From assembly GCA_963842945.1 (NCBI GenBank), contig CAWJIM010000002.1, positions 256,001-320,000 on the forward strand: DNA of 64,000 nucleotides. Reading direction: 5' to 3'. This stretch comes from an uncultured Gemmatimonadales bacterium (GTDB lineage Bacteria > Gemmatimonadota > Gemmatimonadetes > Gemmatimonadales > GWC2-71-9). Shown here piece by piece: positions 19,357-28,810 of this stretch. Below the pieces are notes generated by a model. The model ran no database searches. It was given only the letters and a program-made list of their open reading frames with translations, and was not told the DNA's origin. Each line of letters begins with the position of its first letter. Positions within the stretch are counted from its first letter, which is position 1. The position numbers and the translations under genes were made by a program.

Positions 19357-21517
19357 GTGGTGCCCGAACGACTGGGAGTGATCGCGCTGGTAGCTGCGGC
19401 CTGGATCGGCACCCCCCACAATGCCTGGGCTCAATCTCCGTACAGCGACATCCGCTCTTCGGCCGAGGTTGGATCGATCGGGTTCCGCTTCACCGGAACC
19501 GAGACCTTTCCCTCTGCGGAGCTGGGGGAAGTGCTGGCTCTGAAAGGCCGCAAGTCACTCTACCAAGTGCGCCAGCTGGCCGCCGCGCTGCCGCTCATCG
19601 GACCGCCGCCGAAGTATCGCTTCGACCCGGTCGAGCTGCAGAAAGATGTGGTGAGGCTTACGCGGTTTTATCAGCATTCCGGATTCGTGCGTCCGGCAGT
19701 TGACTACGAGCTCCGGATTAACGATCAGGGATACGTGGTCGACGTGGAGTTCGTGATCTCGGAAGGTCCCTTCGTGAGGCTGCGTGATCTGTGGGTAGCG
19801 ACGAGAGCCGGTCAGGCCGAAGGGCCCTTTCCCGACTCGTTGCGACCGGGGTGGACCAAGCTCCAGAGGGACTTGCTGAAGACCCGCGGCCAGCGCTTCG
19901 GCGACGCCGAGGCGACCTCGATGGAAGGGAAGGCCCGGGCGTGGCTCCATGATCACGGGTATCCCCTGGCCAAGGTTCAAGCCGCTCGCCAGGTAGACTC
20001 CAACCAGGTTGACGTCACCCTGCGGGTGGAGCCGGGCCGACGCCAGCGGGTGGCGCAACGTGAGCATCGATGGCCAGCGCTCGGTCAGCGACCGGGTGAT
20101 TCTGCGCGAGCTTCCCTTCCGTCCCGGTGACTGGTACTCGGCCCAGGACCTGACGGAAGGGAGACAGCGCCTCCAGCAGATTGACCTGTTCCGCCAGGCG
20201 CAGCTGAACGTGGAGCTCAAGCAACCGTCCGACACCACGGTGGGTGTGCGGGTGGAGGTCCTCGAGGGGGGTCCTCGGGTCTCACTCGCAGAGCTGGGAT
20301 ATATCTCCGAGGGAGCCGGCATATCGGGCCGGGTCCAGTGGACCCACCCGAACTTCACCGGCGGCGCTCGGAGTCTTACTGCATCAGTGGAGGGACAGAG
20401 CGGAATTGGCTCGGTGGCCTCGCAGAAGGAAAAACTGCTGCGGGGGTCTCTCACCCTCACCCAACCTTACGTCTACATGCCGCGGCTCTCGCTGGGCATC
20501 GGCCCGTTCAGTGAATACCGCGACGATCTGCAGGACCGCTCCATCGCCGTTGGTGTCTCGGCAATCTTCCTCTACCGCCTGGGCACCCTGAACACCATTG
20601 CACTCAGATACCAGTACGAGGCGAGCCACATCTACGAGTACCGTTTCGGCACCTCGTCGGACGGGAGCACCACGCTGGCCCGGCTGCTCGCCCTCAACAA
20701 TCCGGCGCTCCAGGACTCGCTGGGCCGGGATCTCGACAAGAGCTCGGTGACATTGACCGGCTCCTTCGGCAAAGCCGACAACCTGGCCAATCCCCGAAAG
20801 GGCTGGTCCGTCCGCCCGCGAGCGGAGATCACGGTCCCGTCCGGGATTACCACCGTGCAGTTCGGACGATTGGACCTGACACTCGCGGGCTATCACCCCA
20901 TCAGCCGGAAGACCACGCTCGCTGCCCGGATGTCGGTGGGCCGGCTGTTTCCCTTCGGCAAGAGTGTTCCGCTGGCGGGTGACAGTCCAGTGTTCTCGCT
21001 CATTCGCTTGCGGGACGAGACCATGACCGCAGGCGGCACCGACGATGTGCGCGGCTGGGGCAGCCGTCTCCTCGGGCCGAAGTTCCCCGCGGTCGATGCC
21101 CATATAGAAGGCAGCGACACCCTTCTCTCCGCCGACAGCTACGTGCCGGCGGGAATGCTGGCCCGCTTTGCCGGAACCCTCGAGCTCCGCTTTCCCTTCC
21201 CCGGCCTGACCAGTGCCTGGGGAGCCCAGCTGTTTCTGGACGCGGGCAAGGTCTGGACTCCGGATGATCGCTTCAAGCTGGCGCTGCTGGAGGGAGAAAC
21301 CGATCTGCGTTTTTCGCTGGGCACCGGGATCAGCTATCAAACTCCGGTCGGCGCCATTCGCCTGGGTCTGGGATACAAGCTGAATCCGTCCGATCTGGAT
21401 GTCCGGGACGCTGGTGAGGTGCTGGCTGCGTTGGAGCAGGGCTTACCGGCAACCACGGCGGAAACGGACTGGTCCCGGCGGCTGCATCTTCATCTCTCCT
21501 TTGGCATGGCTCTCTGA
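19357..21517 (+). CDS. tamA: TamA/BamA family Omp85 protein with POTRA domains (frameshift ~20055)
   Basis: POTRA-like repeats, AGG.DDVRGW, FLDAGKVW, GTGISYQTPVGAIRL, HLSFGMAL; directly after tamB. Confidence 0.85.
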
Positions 21518-21518
21518 G

Positions 21519-22052
21519 TCAGCGGCTCTTCGTTTTCGTTTTAAGAATGCGCACCACTGACAGTATCGTGTTCCAGTTCCGAGTGGTGGCCGGAACGCTG
21601 AACAGCTTGTCGATCTGGCCCAGGTAGCCGATCGTGCGCATGTGACGGCGGTACTCTCCGAAGACAAAGCAGCTCTCGGCCGCAACCAGTCGCACCAGCC
21701 AGTCGCCCTCTCTGGGAAGTGACAGCGGAAGAGCCTCCCGCACTCGTCCGGGCTTCGTGAGTACGGTAAGGAACCGAACTACTTCGGGGGGGTGCTCCGC
21801 TTCGAATGGATTCTCCGTCTCGATCCGAAGCAGATCGCGGCCCTCGCAGATGGCCACCGCCGCTTCGAACGGCAGCCTTCCGAGCAGGGCGGCGCGGAAA
21901 CGGCTTCGGGCGCCGGGTTTGCGCACCACGAACGTCCCGGCCGCTCCCACATTCACTACATCATACTGATTCAGCTCTCGGGCCAGGACGCTGGGCCGGA
22001 AGGTCCGGTGGCCGCCCACGTTGACGCCGCGGAGAAAGACCACCAGGGCCAA
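21519..22052 (-). CDS. DUF1697 family protein
   Basis: VFLRGVNVGG N-terminus and TTRNWNTI C-terminus. Confidence 0.85.
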   Translation of the reverse strand: MALVVFLRGVNVGGHRTFRPSVLARELNQYDVVNVGAAGTFVVRKPGARSRFRAALLGRLPFEAAVAICEGRDLLRIETENPFEAEHPPEVVRFLTVLTKPGRVREALPLSLPREGDWLVRLVAAESCFVFGEYRRHMRTIGYLGQIDKLFSVPATTRNWNTILSVVRILKTKTKSR

Positions 22053-22055
22053 GGG

Positions 22056-22958
22056 TCAGGCACCTCGCTCCCGCTCTGGTCGTGGTACTTCGTACTTGAG
22101 CTCGGCGAACCCGGTTCCCACCGCCCGGACAGTCACCAGCCGAAGCGGCGGACTCGTGATCCTGCGCGGCAGGAGCGGCTTTCCTGCACCCAGTGTCACC
22201 GACCCGATCTGCACGTGGATCTCGTCGAGCAGACCCTGATCGTGGAACTGCCCGGCGAGATCGCCTCCACCCACGATCCAGACGTTCTTCCCTCCAGCGG
22301 CCTGGACCATAGCCTGATGCACCGGCCGAACGTCTCCCCTCACGAATCGAATGTCGGCCTCCGGCACCCCCGGCAGCGCGCGAGAGGTGAAAACCCAGGC
22401 AGGCAGGTCGTAGGGCCATGGTTGGGGATGGTCCGCCTCGGGACCGACCACGTGACGCAGCATCCACTGGTAGGTGGCGGACCCCATCGCGAGCGCGCCG
22501 ATCTCACGAATGAAATCGGGATAGCTGGTCTCGGAGAGGTCGCCCAGGGGAAAGAGCCAGTCCAGCGAGTCGTCCGGATCGGCAATGAATCCGTCCAGGC
22601 TGGTGGCGGTGAAGTACTGGGTCTTCATAGACCGGGCCGCGAGGCTCTTCGGCGCTCGCTTGCGCCAGGCCGACGTGAGGGCCTCTCGAACCGGGCCTTT
22701 ACGAGCGGATCGCAGCCTGACGTTGGTGCAGCCTGCCCGCCCCCAGGCGCCGGACACGGGAGTGAAGGTCTGGGGATCCGCTCGTACCAGCCACTCCTGC
22801 TCCTCCGGCGCGAGCTTGACCATTGCCCAACCGCGGCCGGGGTAGCCCAGGGTGGCGAAGATTCGGTTTTTCACCCGGAAGTCCGGATGGCCCATGTGAG
22901 CGGATTCGGTCACTTCGGGTAAACTCAACGCTAGCTGGCGGAACTCCTGAGCGGTCAC
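22056..22958 (-). CDS. MmcQ/YjbR domain fused to a dihydrofolate reductase-like (RibD C-terminal) domain
   Basis: N-part ALSLPE..HMGHPDFRVK..IFATL; C-part MKTQYFTATSLDGFIAD...MGSATY...VWIVGGG..LLDEI. Confidence 0.8.
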   Translation of the reverse strand: MTAQEFRQLALSLPEVTESAHMGHPDFRVKNRIFATLGYPGRGWAMVKLAPEEQEWLVRADPQTFTPVSGAWGRAGCTNVRLRSARKGPVREALTSAWRKRAPKSLAARSMKTQYFTATSLDGFIADPDDSLDWLFPLGDLSETSYPDFIREIGALAMGSATYQWMLRHVVGPEADHPQPWPYDLPAWVFTSRALPGVPEADIRFVRGDVRPVHQAMVQAAGGKNVWIVGGGDLAGQFHDQGLLDEIHVQIGSVTLGAGKPLLPRRITSPPLRLVTVRAVGTGFAELKYEVPRPERERGA

Positions 22959-22973
22959 TGGTACCAGGCCTCG

Positions 22974-23390
22974 CTACCGCAACCAGCAGCTCGAGCTCGC
23001 CCGCAGCACCCGAGCTGCTCCGTCGCTGCCCACGAGCTGCAGCACGATGGGAGCATGCTCGCACTCGTTCCCATCGGGGTATACGAACACCTGGGCCGTG
23101 TCTCCCCGCCGCTCGCCGGTCCACGCTTGCATCCGGCGCTCCCACCGCGAGAGCGATGGGCGGTGAGCCCGGCCGGCGGTGAGACCCCAGCTCACCGCCG
23201 CGGCGGAAGCCGAAACCCGGGCGAGGTCGATTGAATCCTGGCGAATGGCGGCGTGGATGTAGCGGCGAATCGGCTTGGCATACGCGGTTCCCGGCCAGTC
23301 AGCGGTGTACGGCTGCCAGACCAACGCTCCGAGTCCCAGGCCGGCCAGGCCGAGCGCGGTGAGATAGAGTGGCATCTTGCCGTTGATCAT
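22974..23390 (-). CDS. Hypothetical membrane-anchored/exported protein
   Basis: GGAGG before ATG23390; N-terminal hydrophobic helix. Confidence 0.5.
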   Translation of the reverse strand: MINGKMPLYLTALGLAGLGLGALVWQPYTADWPGTAYAKPIRRYIHAAIRQDSIDLARVSASAAAVSWGLTAGRAHRPSLSRWERRMQAWTGERRGDTAQVFVYPDGNECEHAPIVLQLVGSDGAARVLRASSSCWLR

Positions 23391-23451
23391 CGATCCTCCA
23401 GGCACGCGGAACTTAGCCTGGATATACATCCGATTGCCGCGATCGGCGATG

Positions 23452-23598
23452 CTGGGTAGCTGGGAGCTTCTAGCTGGGAGCTTCTAGCTGGGAGCTTCTA
23501 GTTGGGAGCTTCTAGCTGGCTAGCTTCTTAGCTTCTAGCTTCTAGCTCCTAGCTCCTAGCTCCTAGCTTCTAGCTCCTAGCTCCCAGCTTCCCAGCCC
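23452..23598. repeat. AGCT-core heptamer/14-mer tandem array with inverted character
   Basis: TAGCTGGGAGCTTC x4 (one variant) followed by about 9 TAGCTYC units. Confidence 0.95.
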
Positions 23599-23640
23599 CC
23601 ATTGTGCAGGGCGCCTCGACGGCGGCGTCTCCCCGCGAGC

Positions 23641-24774
23641 ATGACATTGTCCCACCAGGAATGGTCGAGCCGGGCGGCTCACTGGGCGGCGGCGCTCGTT
23701 CTGGTCGCTTTCATGGCCTGCGAGCACAGCTCTCCGGCTGAGCCGGAGCCACCCCAAGCACTGCCACCGGTCTCATCCGCCTCACCGGTCCGGCTCACCT
23801 TTAATCGGGCGGACGACCGCACCCCATCCTGGTTGCCGGATGGTTCGGGCATCATCTACTCGAGCGAGCGGCAAGACCGCAGCGATCGCGATCGCTGCCT
23901 CAATGTTCTTCCTCCCGGCGGCGGTACCATCTCGGCGAACTACTGTCAGCTCCACCCCATACACGACGACTCCACCGACCTCATGGAATCGCCCGCCCAG
24001 CATGCCGACGGGCGGCTCTTCTATCACCGAGTTATTTCCTGGGTAGGTCAGCAGAAATTGGGTGCCTCGGCGCTGGTGCTGGGAAGCCGGGAGGCGCCCC
24101 TGCAGGCCACGGTGCTCCAGCCACTCCCTTACACGGCTCCGAATGGGAGGTTCCATTCCAGCATTCGGACCCCGCAGTGGATTGGCCGAGACAGTCTGCT
24201 CTATCTGGCCGAGCTGATCTTCTACGAGGGATCCACCTTCTTTCCCGACACCTTCTACACCGGGCTCGACGCCACCATCCTCGATCTCTCCGGAGCCACG
24301 CCGCGGGTGGAGGTCATACCGGGTACCGATTATGCCTCGGGGGTGGCGCTAGGTGAGGATGGTCAGACCATCTACTACACCTTGGGTGGTGACTCCCGGG
24401 TATACCGCCGATCGCTTTCGACCGGCGAAGTTACCACCCTGTATGACTTCGGGCCCGGAACTATTGCGCGTGACCCCCAGGTTCGGGGCACGCGCCTCGT
24501 CGCCGTGGTCGGAGGCAGCGTGCTCTATCGCTTCGAGGATGCCCACGGCAACGTGCAGCGGGACGAGGGCGGAGACCTGATGTTCGTTAACCTGAGCGAC
24601 GGGAGTTTCCGTCTCTTCCCCGGCGATTCCGTCCTCTTCCGGCATCCGGTTATCTCACCCGACGGCTCCCATGTAGTGGTCGAGGTGCAGCCTTTCGCCC
24701 CAGTACACAGCGAGTTGGACTCGGATTTCAACGCACCCAATCATCGAGCCGACCTCTGGCTCTTTGCCATGTAG
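23641..24774 (+). CDS. TolB-like (PD40 beta-propeller) lipoprotein
   Basis: Lipobox FMA-C; RLTFN..DRTPSWLPDGSGIIYSSER and HPVISPDGSHVV repeats. Confidence 0.75.
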   Translation: MTLSHQEWSSRAAHWAAALVLVAFMACEHSSPAEPEPPQALPPVSSASPVRLTFNRADDRTPSWLPDGSGIIYSSERQDRSDRDRCLNVLPPGGGTISANYCQLHPIHDDSTDLMESPAQHADGRLFYHRVISWVGQQKLGASALVLGSREAPLQATVLQPLPYTAPNGRFHSSIRTPQWIGRDSLLYLAELIFYEGSTFFPDTFYTGLDATILDLSGATPRVEVIPGTDYASGVALGEDGQTIYYTLGGDSRVYRRSLSTGEVTTLYDFGPGTIARDPQVRGTRLVAVVGGSVLYRFEDAHGNVQRDEGGDLMFVNLSDGSFRLFPGDSVLFRHPVISPDGSHVVVEVQPFAPVHSELDSDFNAPNHRADLWLFAM

Positions 24775-24869
24775 CTGGGAGCTAGGAGCTGGGAGCTGAT
24801 GCTTGGTATGTTCTGGCTGTAGCTGATACCTTCTAAGCTCCAAGCTCCAAGCTCCAAGCTCCTAGCCCC
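24772..24869. repeat. AGCT-core heptamer inverted array
   Basis: GGGAGCT-AGGAGCT-GGGAGCT left arm; AGCTCCA x3 plus AGCTCCT right arm. Confidence 0.9.
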
Positions 24870-24909
24870 CGCTCACTAGACCTAAGTTTAGTTTCACCGC
24901 GACTAGCGA

Positions 24910-26461
24910 CTATCGGCTTTCCCCCACAAATTCCCTTTTCCGATCCAGGCTCCGATACTGTATCGCCTCACTGACGTGGGCCGTCGTGAGCTCGGCCGAC
25001 CCTGCCAGGTCTGCGATGGTTCGCGCGATCTTGAGCACCCGATGGTAGGCCCGCGCCGAGAGCCCCAATCGAGTCACCGCCTGCTTGAGCACCGCCTCCA
25101 CGGCATCGCTCAATCGGCAGTGGCGACGCAGGTCGCGCGCAGTCATGTGCGCATTGGCGTGGACCCCGCGCTGCCCCTGAAACCGCGCGCGCTGCACCGC
25201 GCGGGCCCGCTCGACCCGGATTCGAATGGCTGCGCTGCTCTCGTCGGACTGGGTTCCGACCAGATCGCCGTAAGCCACGGCGGGGACCTCGAGGTGAATG
25301 TCGATCCGGTCGAGCAGCGGACCCGAGATCCGGGAGCGGTAGCGCTCGATCGAGAGCGGCCCGCAGCTGCAGGAGTGGAGCGGATCGCCGAAATAACCAC
25401 AGGGACAGGGATTCATGGCTGCGGCAAGCATGAAGCGGGCGGGATAGGTGAGACTGACGGCCGCGCGACTGAGGGTGACCACGCCGTCTTCCATGGGCTG
25501 CCGCAGCACCTCGAGCACGTTCCTGCGGAATTCCGGCAGCTCGTCGAGGAAGAGCACGCCACCGTGAGCCAGGCTGACCTCTCCCGGCCGGGGCGAAGAG
25601 CCACCGCCGATCAGGCCCGCATCGCTGATGGTGTGGTGCGGCGCCCGGAACGGCCGAACCGGTCAGGAGCGATTGCCCGGCCACCAGCGTGCCCGCGACG
25701 CTGTGGATCTTGGTGGTCTCGAGCGCCTCCTCCAGGCTCATCGAGGGAAGGATGGAGGGGAGGCGGCGGGCCAGCATGGTTTTTCCCGCGCCGGGAGGGC
25801 CGAGCAGCACGATGTTGTGGCCGCCGGCAGCCGCCACCTCCAAGGCGCGCTTGGCGGCGGCCTGGCTCCGGACGTCGGCAAAGTCGGCCTCGTCCGACGC
25901 ACCTGCGCTCATGAGCGTGGCTACGTCGGCTCGGGCCGCGGGAATGGGATTTTTGCCCAGCAGGTGACCGCACACTTCGAGCAGAGTGCGGGCGCCGCAG
26001 ACCTCCAGTCCTTCGACCACCGAGGCCTCGGGGACATTGGCGTGAGGAACCAGGATACCGCGGAATCCGGCCGAACGGGCGGCGAGAGCCATGGAAAGGG
26101 CACCGCGCACGGGGCGCAGATCTCCCTCGAGCCCGACCTCGCCCAACACCATGTGCTCCTTGAGGCCGTCTTCGGGCAGCTGGCCGCTGGCCACCAGAAT
26201 GCCGAGCGCGATGGGAAGATCGAAAGCCGAGCCGTCTTTACGAATGTCGGCCGGGGCAAGGTTGACCGTGATGCGGCGGAGCGGGAAACAAAAGCCGGCG
26301 TTCACCAGCGCCGCACTGACCCGTTCCCTGCCCTCTTTTACCGCGCCATGGGGAAGGCCGACTGTCGAGAAAGAGGGCAATCCGTTGGTAATGTCCACCT
26401 CGACATCCACCGGATAGGCGTCGATGCCGAGGACCGCGGCAGAACCGATTCGGGCCAGCAA
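24910..26461 (-). CDS. comM: YifB/ComM Mg-chelatase-like AAA+ ATPase (frameshift ~25660)
   Basis: [59 protein letters not shown]. Confidence 0.93.
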
Positions 26462-26661
26462 AGGTCGGAACGCGTTATAAGGAAAGAGGAACCGCAAGGT
26501 AGCCCGGGCCCGATCGGGGCCAGGTACCCCGCTGGCGCAACTGTGGACCGATTCGTGCAGCATTTTTCAGCAGGTGTCGGTTTCGGCACCGCTCAGACCC
26601 GTCCGGCGGAGTACCCCCCAGGCCCGCTGCCGCGACGAGGCGCTCAGATCCGGAGTCATAC

Positions 26662-27118
26662 ATGAGTCGGTGGTTCAGCGCTGTCCTTCTTCTGGTGAGG
26701 TACCGGCGCCTGCGCAGCACCGCGGGCCGCCGGCGCGCCGCTGGCCCCATTGGGCCGTTCCTGGGCGGTTCCTACGCTGGGACTCTATCAGAAGTGGTGG
26801 GAAGAGACGGTCGCCTGCTCGGGCAAACAGGGCAAGATGACCGACGTCGCCTTCTACGCGGTGGATGCTCCGGCGGGCGCGATCGAGCTGAACGGCGAAA
26901 TGGCCCACGCCTGGTGGGTGCGCGAGGGCAACCGGATTTACCTCCCCGCCAGCGGGCTGGGTGAGGAGTGGCTGGTCCGGCACGAGATGCTGCACGCGCT
27001 GCTTCAGCGGGGGAGCCATCCGGCCAGCGTATTCGTCGAGGCGTGTCATGTTGCCTCAGCAGCGGTGTGGCGCGACTCCACCCTGACCGTCGATCCGGGG
27101 AATCCGCGCGGACGGTAA
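26662..27118 (+). CDS. Small lipoprotein with HEXXH zinc-binding motif (frameshift ~26700)
   Basis: GGAG before ATG26662; joined frames give a signal with GTGA-C; VRHEMLHALL. Confidence 0.6.
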
Positions 27119-27237
27119 ACTTGAAGGCGGCCTCCGTTTTGCTGCCCGTTTAGTGGTGACTTCTGTGGCCGGTGTTTCCCATCCTTCGGGGGGATGCATC
27201 CAGCAGACCTTCTCGCATTTCGCGGGAGCTGATCGGC

Positions 27238-28810
27238 ATGAAAGGACCCTCCGCTAAGGCCCGCTGGGGCGGGCTCATAGCGATCCTCGTCGCTCTCCAT
27301 TCTTACTGGAGGATGGCTGCTTCGCCGGAAAGCAGCGCCGGAGGGTACCGTCTATCAGCAGGCCCGCCTCTTCGAAAACGTCGTCGGCTCCATCCACAGC
27401 CACTACATCGATTCCATCGGCGAGGGCGACCTCTACCAGACCGCCGCCAAGGCGCTGGTCGCCTCCCTCCACGATCCCTACGCCGAGCTGCTCACCAGGG
27501 AGAGCTACCGCCAGTACCAGCGGCAGATGTCCGGCACCGAGGTGGATGTCGGCCTGGCCGAGGGGAACGGCATCGGGAGCGCTCGCGGCGCCTTTGCTCC
27601 CGGAGACGTCATCCTGAGCATCGATGGGAGGAGCACCGCGGGCTGGTCGGCCCGCCGGCTGGAAGAGGCTCTCGCGGGAGGCACCGGAACCACCGTCACC
27701 GTTCTGGTCCGGCCCTGGGGCTCGAGCACACCCGTAGTGCGGCGACTTACCCGCACCGTGGTTCACGTCCCGGCTGCCTCCGAAGGCGTTTTCCTCGGCT
27801 CCGGGGTCGGCTACATCGAGCTCCGCCGCATCAGCGATGGAGCGGCGACCGAGCTGCGGCAGGCGATCAATCGGCTGGTGAACGATGGAATGACGTCACT
27901 GGTGCTGGATCTGCGCGGCGATCCCGGGGGGCTGATCAATGAGGGGGTAAAGGTCGCGAGCCTGTTCCTCAACCCCGGCGACACGGTAGCCATCTCCGAA
28001 GGACGCTCACCCGAACACTCCAAGGTGTATCTCGCTGGCTTGTCCGGTGGATGGAACGACCTGCGGGTGGCACTTCTGGTCAATCACGGCACCGCAAGCT
28101 CGGCGGAGTTGATCGCGGGTGCGCTCCAGGATCACGACCGCGCGGTTATCCTGGGCACGCCGAGCTTCGGCAAAGGCGTGCTGCAGACCACCTATCCTCT
28201 GGGCGAGGAGATCGCGATCAAGCTGACCACGGCTCGCTGGTACACTCCCAGCGGCCGCACGGTGCAGCGACCCCGCCCCGACGGCGAAGGCGCGGTGGGC
28301 AACCGGCCGCCGTCGCTGATGCCGCGGCTCTTCCACTCCGATGCCGGACGCGCCATTCCAGACGCCAGCGGCATCCTGCCCGATCTGACCATTCGAGGCA
28401 CACCGCGATCGGACGCGGAGCGCGCGCTGCTGTCCGCGCTGGGTGAGGACATCGGTCAGTTCCGGGGCGTGCTGTCCGACTACGCTGAAGATGTTCAGAA
28501 ATCACCCGGTGCGCCGAAGTTCCAGTCCTTCCGGGTGAGCGACGAAATGCGGGAAGACGTGTATCAGCGGATGCAGCAGATCGGCCTGGACCTGCCCCGC
28601 CCGACCTATGACAACGCCTCGGCCTACATCGACGAGCAGCTCGGCTATGAGATCACCCGGGCGGTGTTTGGCCCGGTTACCGAGGCCCGGCGGCGCGCCC
28701 TGTCCGACCGTCAGATGCAAACGGCGGTGCGGCTGCTGCGGCGGTCCCGGTCCCAGGACCAGGCAATTGCGATCGCGGCCGCCGAGCGGGCGAAGGGAAT
28801 GGCCCGCTAG
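27238..28810 (+). CDS. S41 family carboxyl-terminal processing protease (N-terminal frameshifts)
   Basis: SLHDPY, PDZ region, LVLDLRGDPGG, TASSAELIAGALQD, SFGKGVLQ, KLTTARWYTPSG. Confidence 0.92.

Noticed and set aside
23452..23598. Repeat array as a CRISPR
   Set aside because: Units are 7/14 bp with no unique spacers, and there are no cas genes
24876..24892. Possible fifth motif B copy (CTAGACCTAAGTTTAGT)
   Set aside because: It has more mismatches, lies between convergent gene ends and has no TANNNT at 21-23 nt
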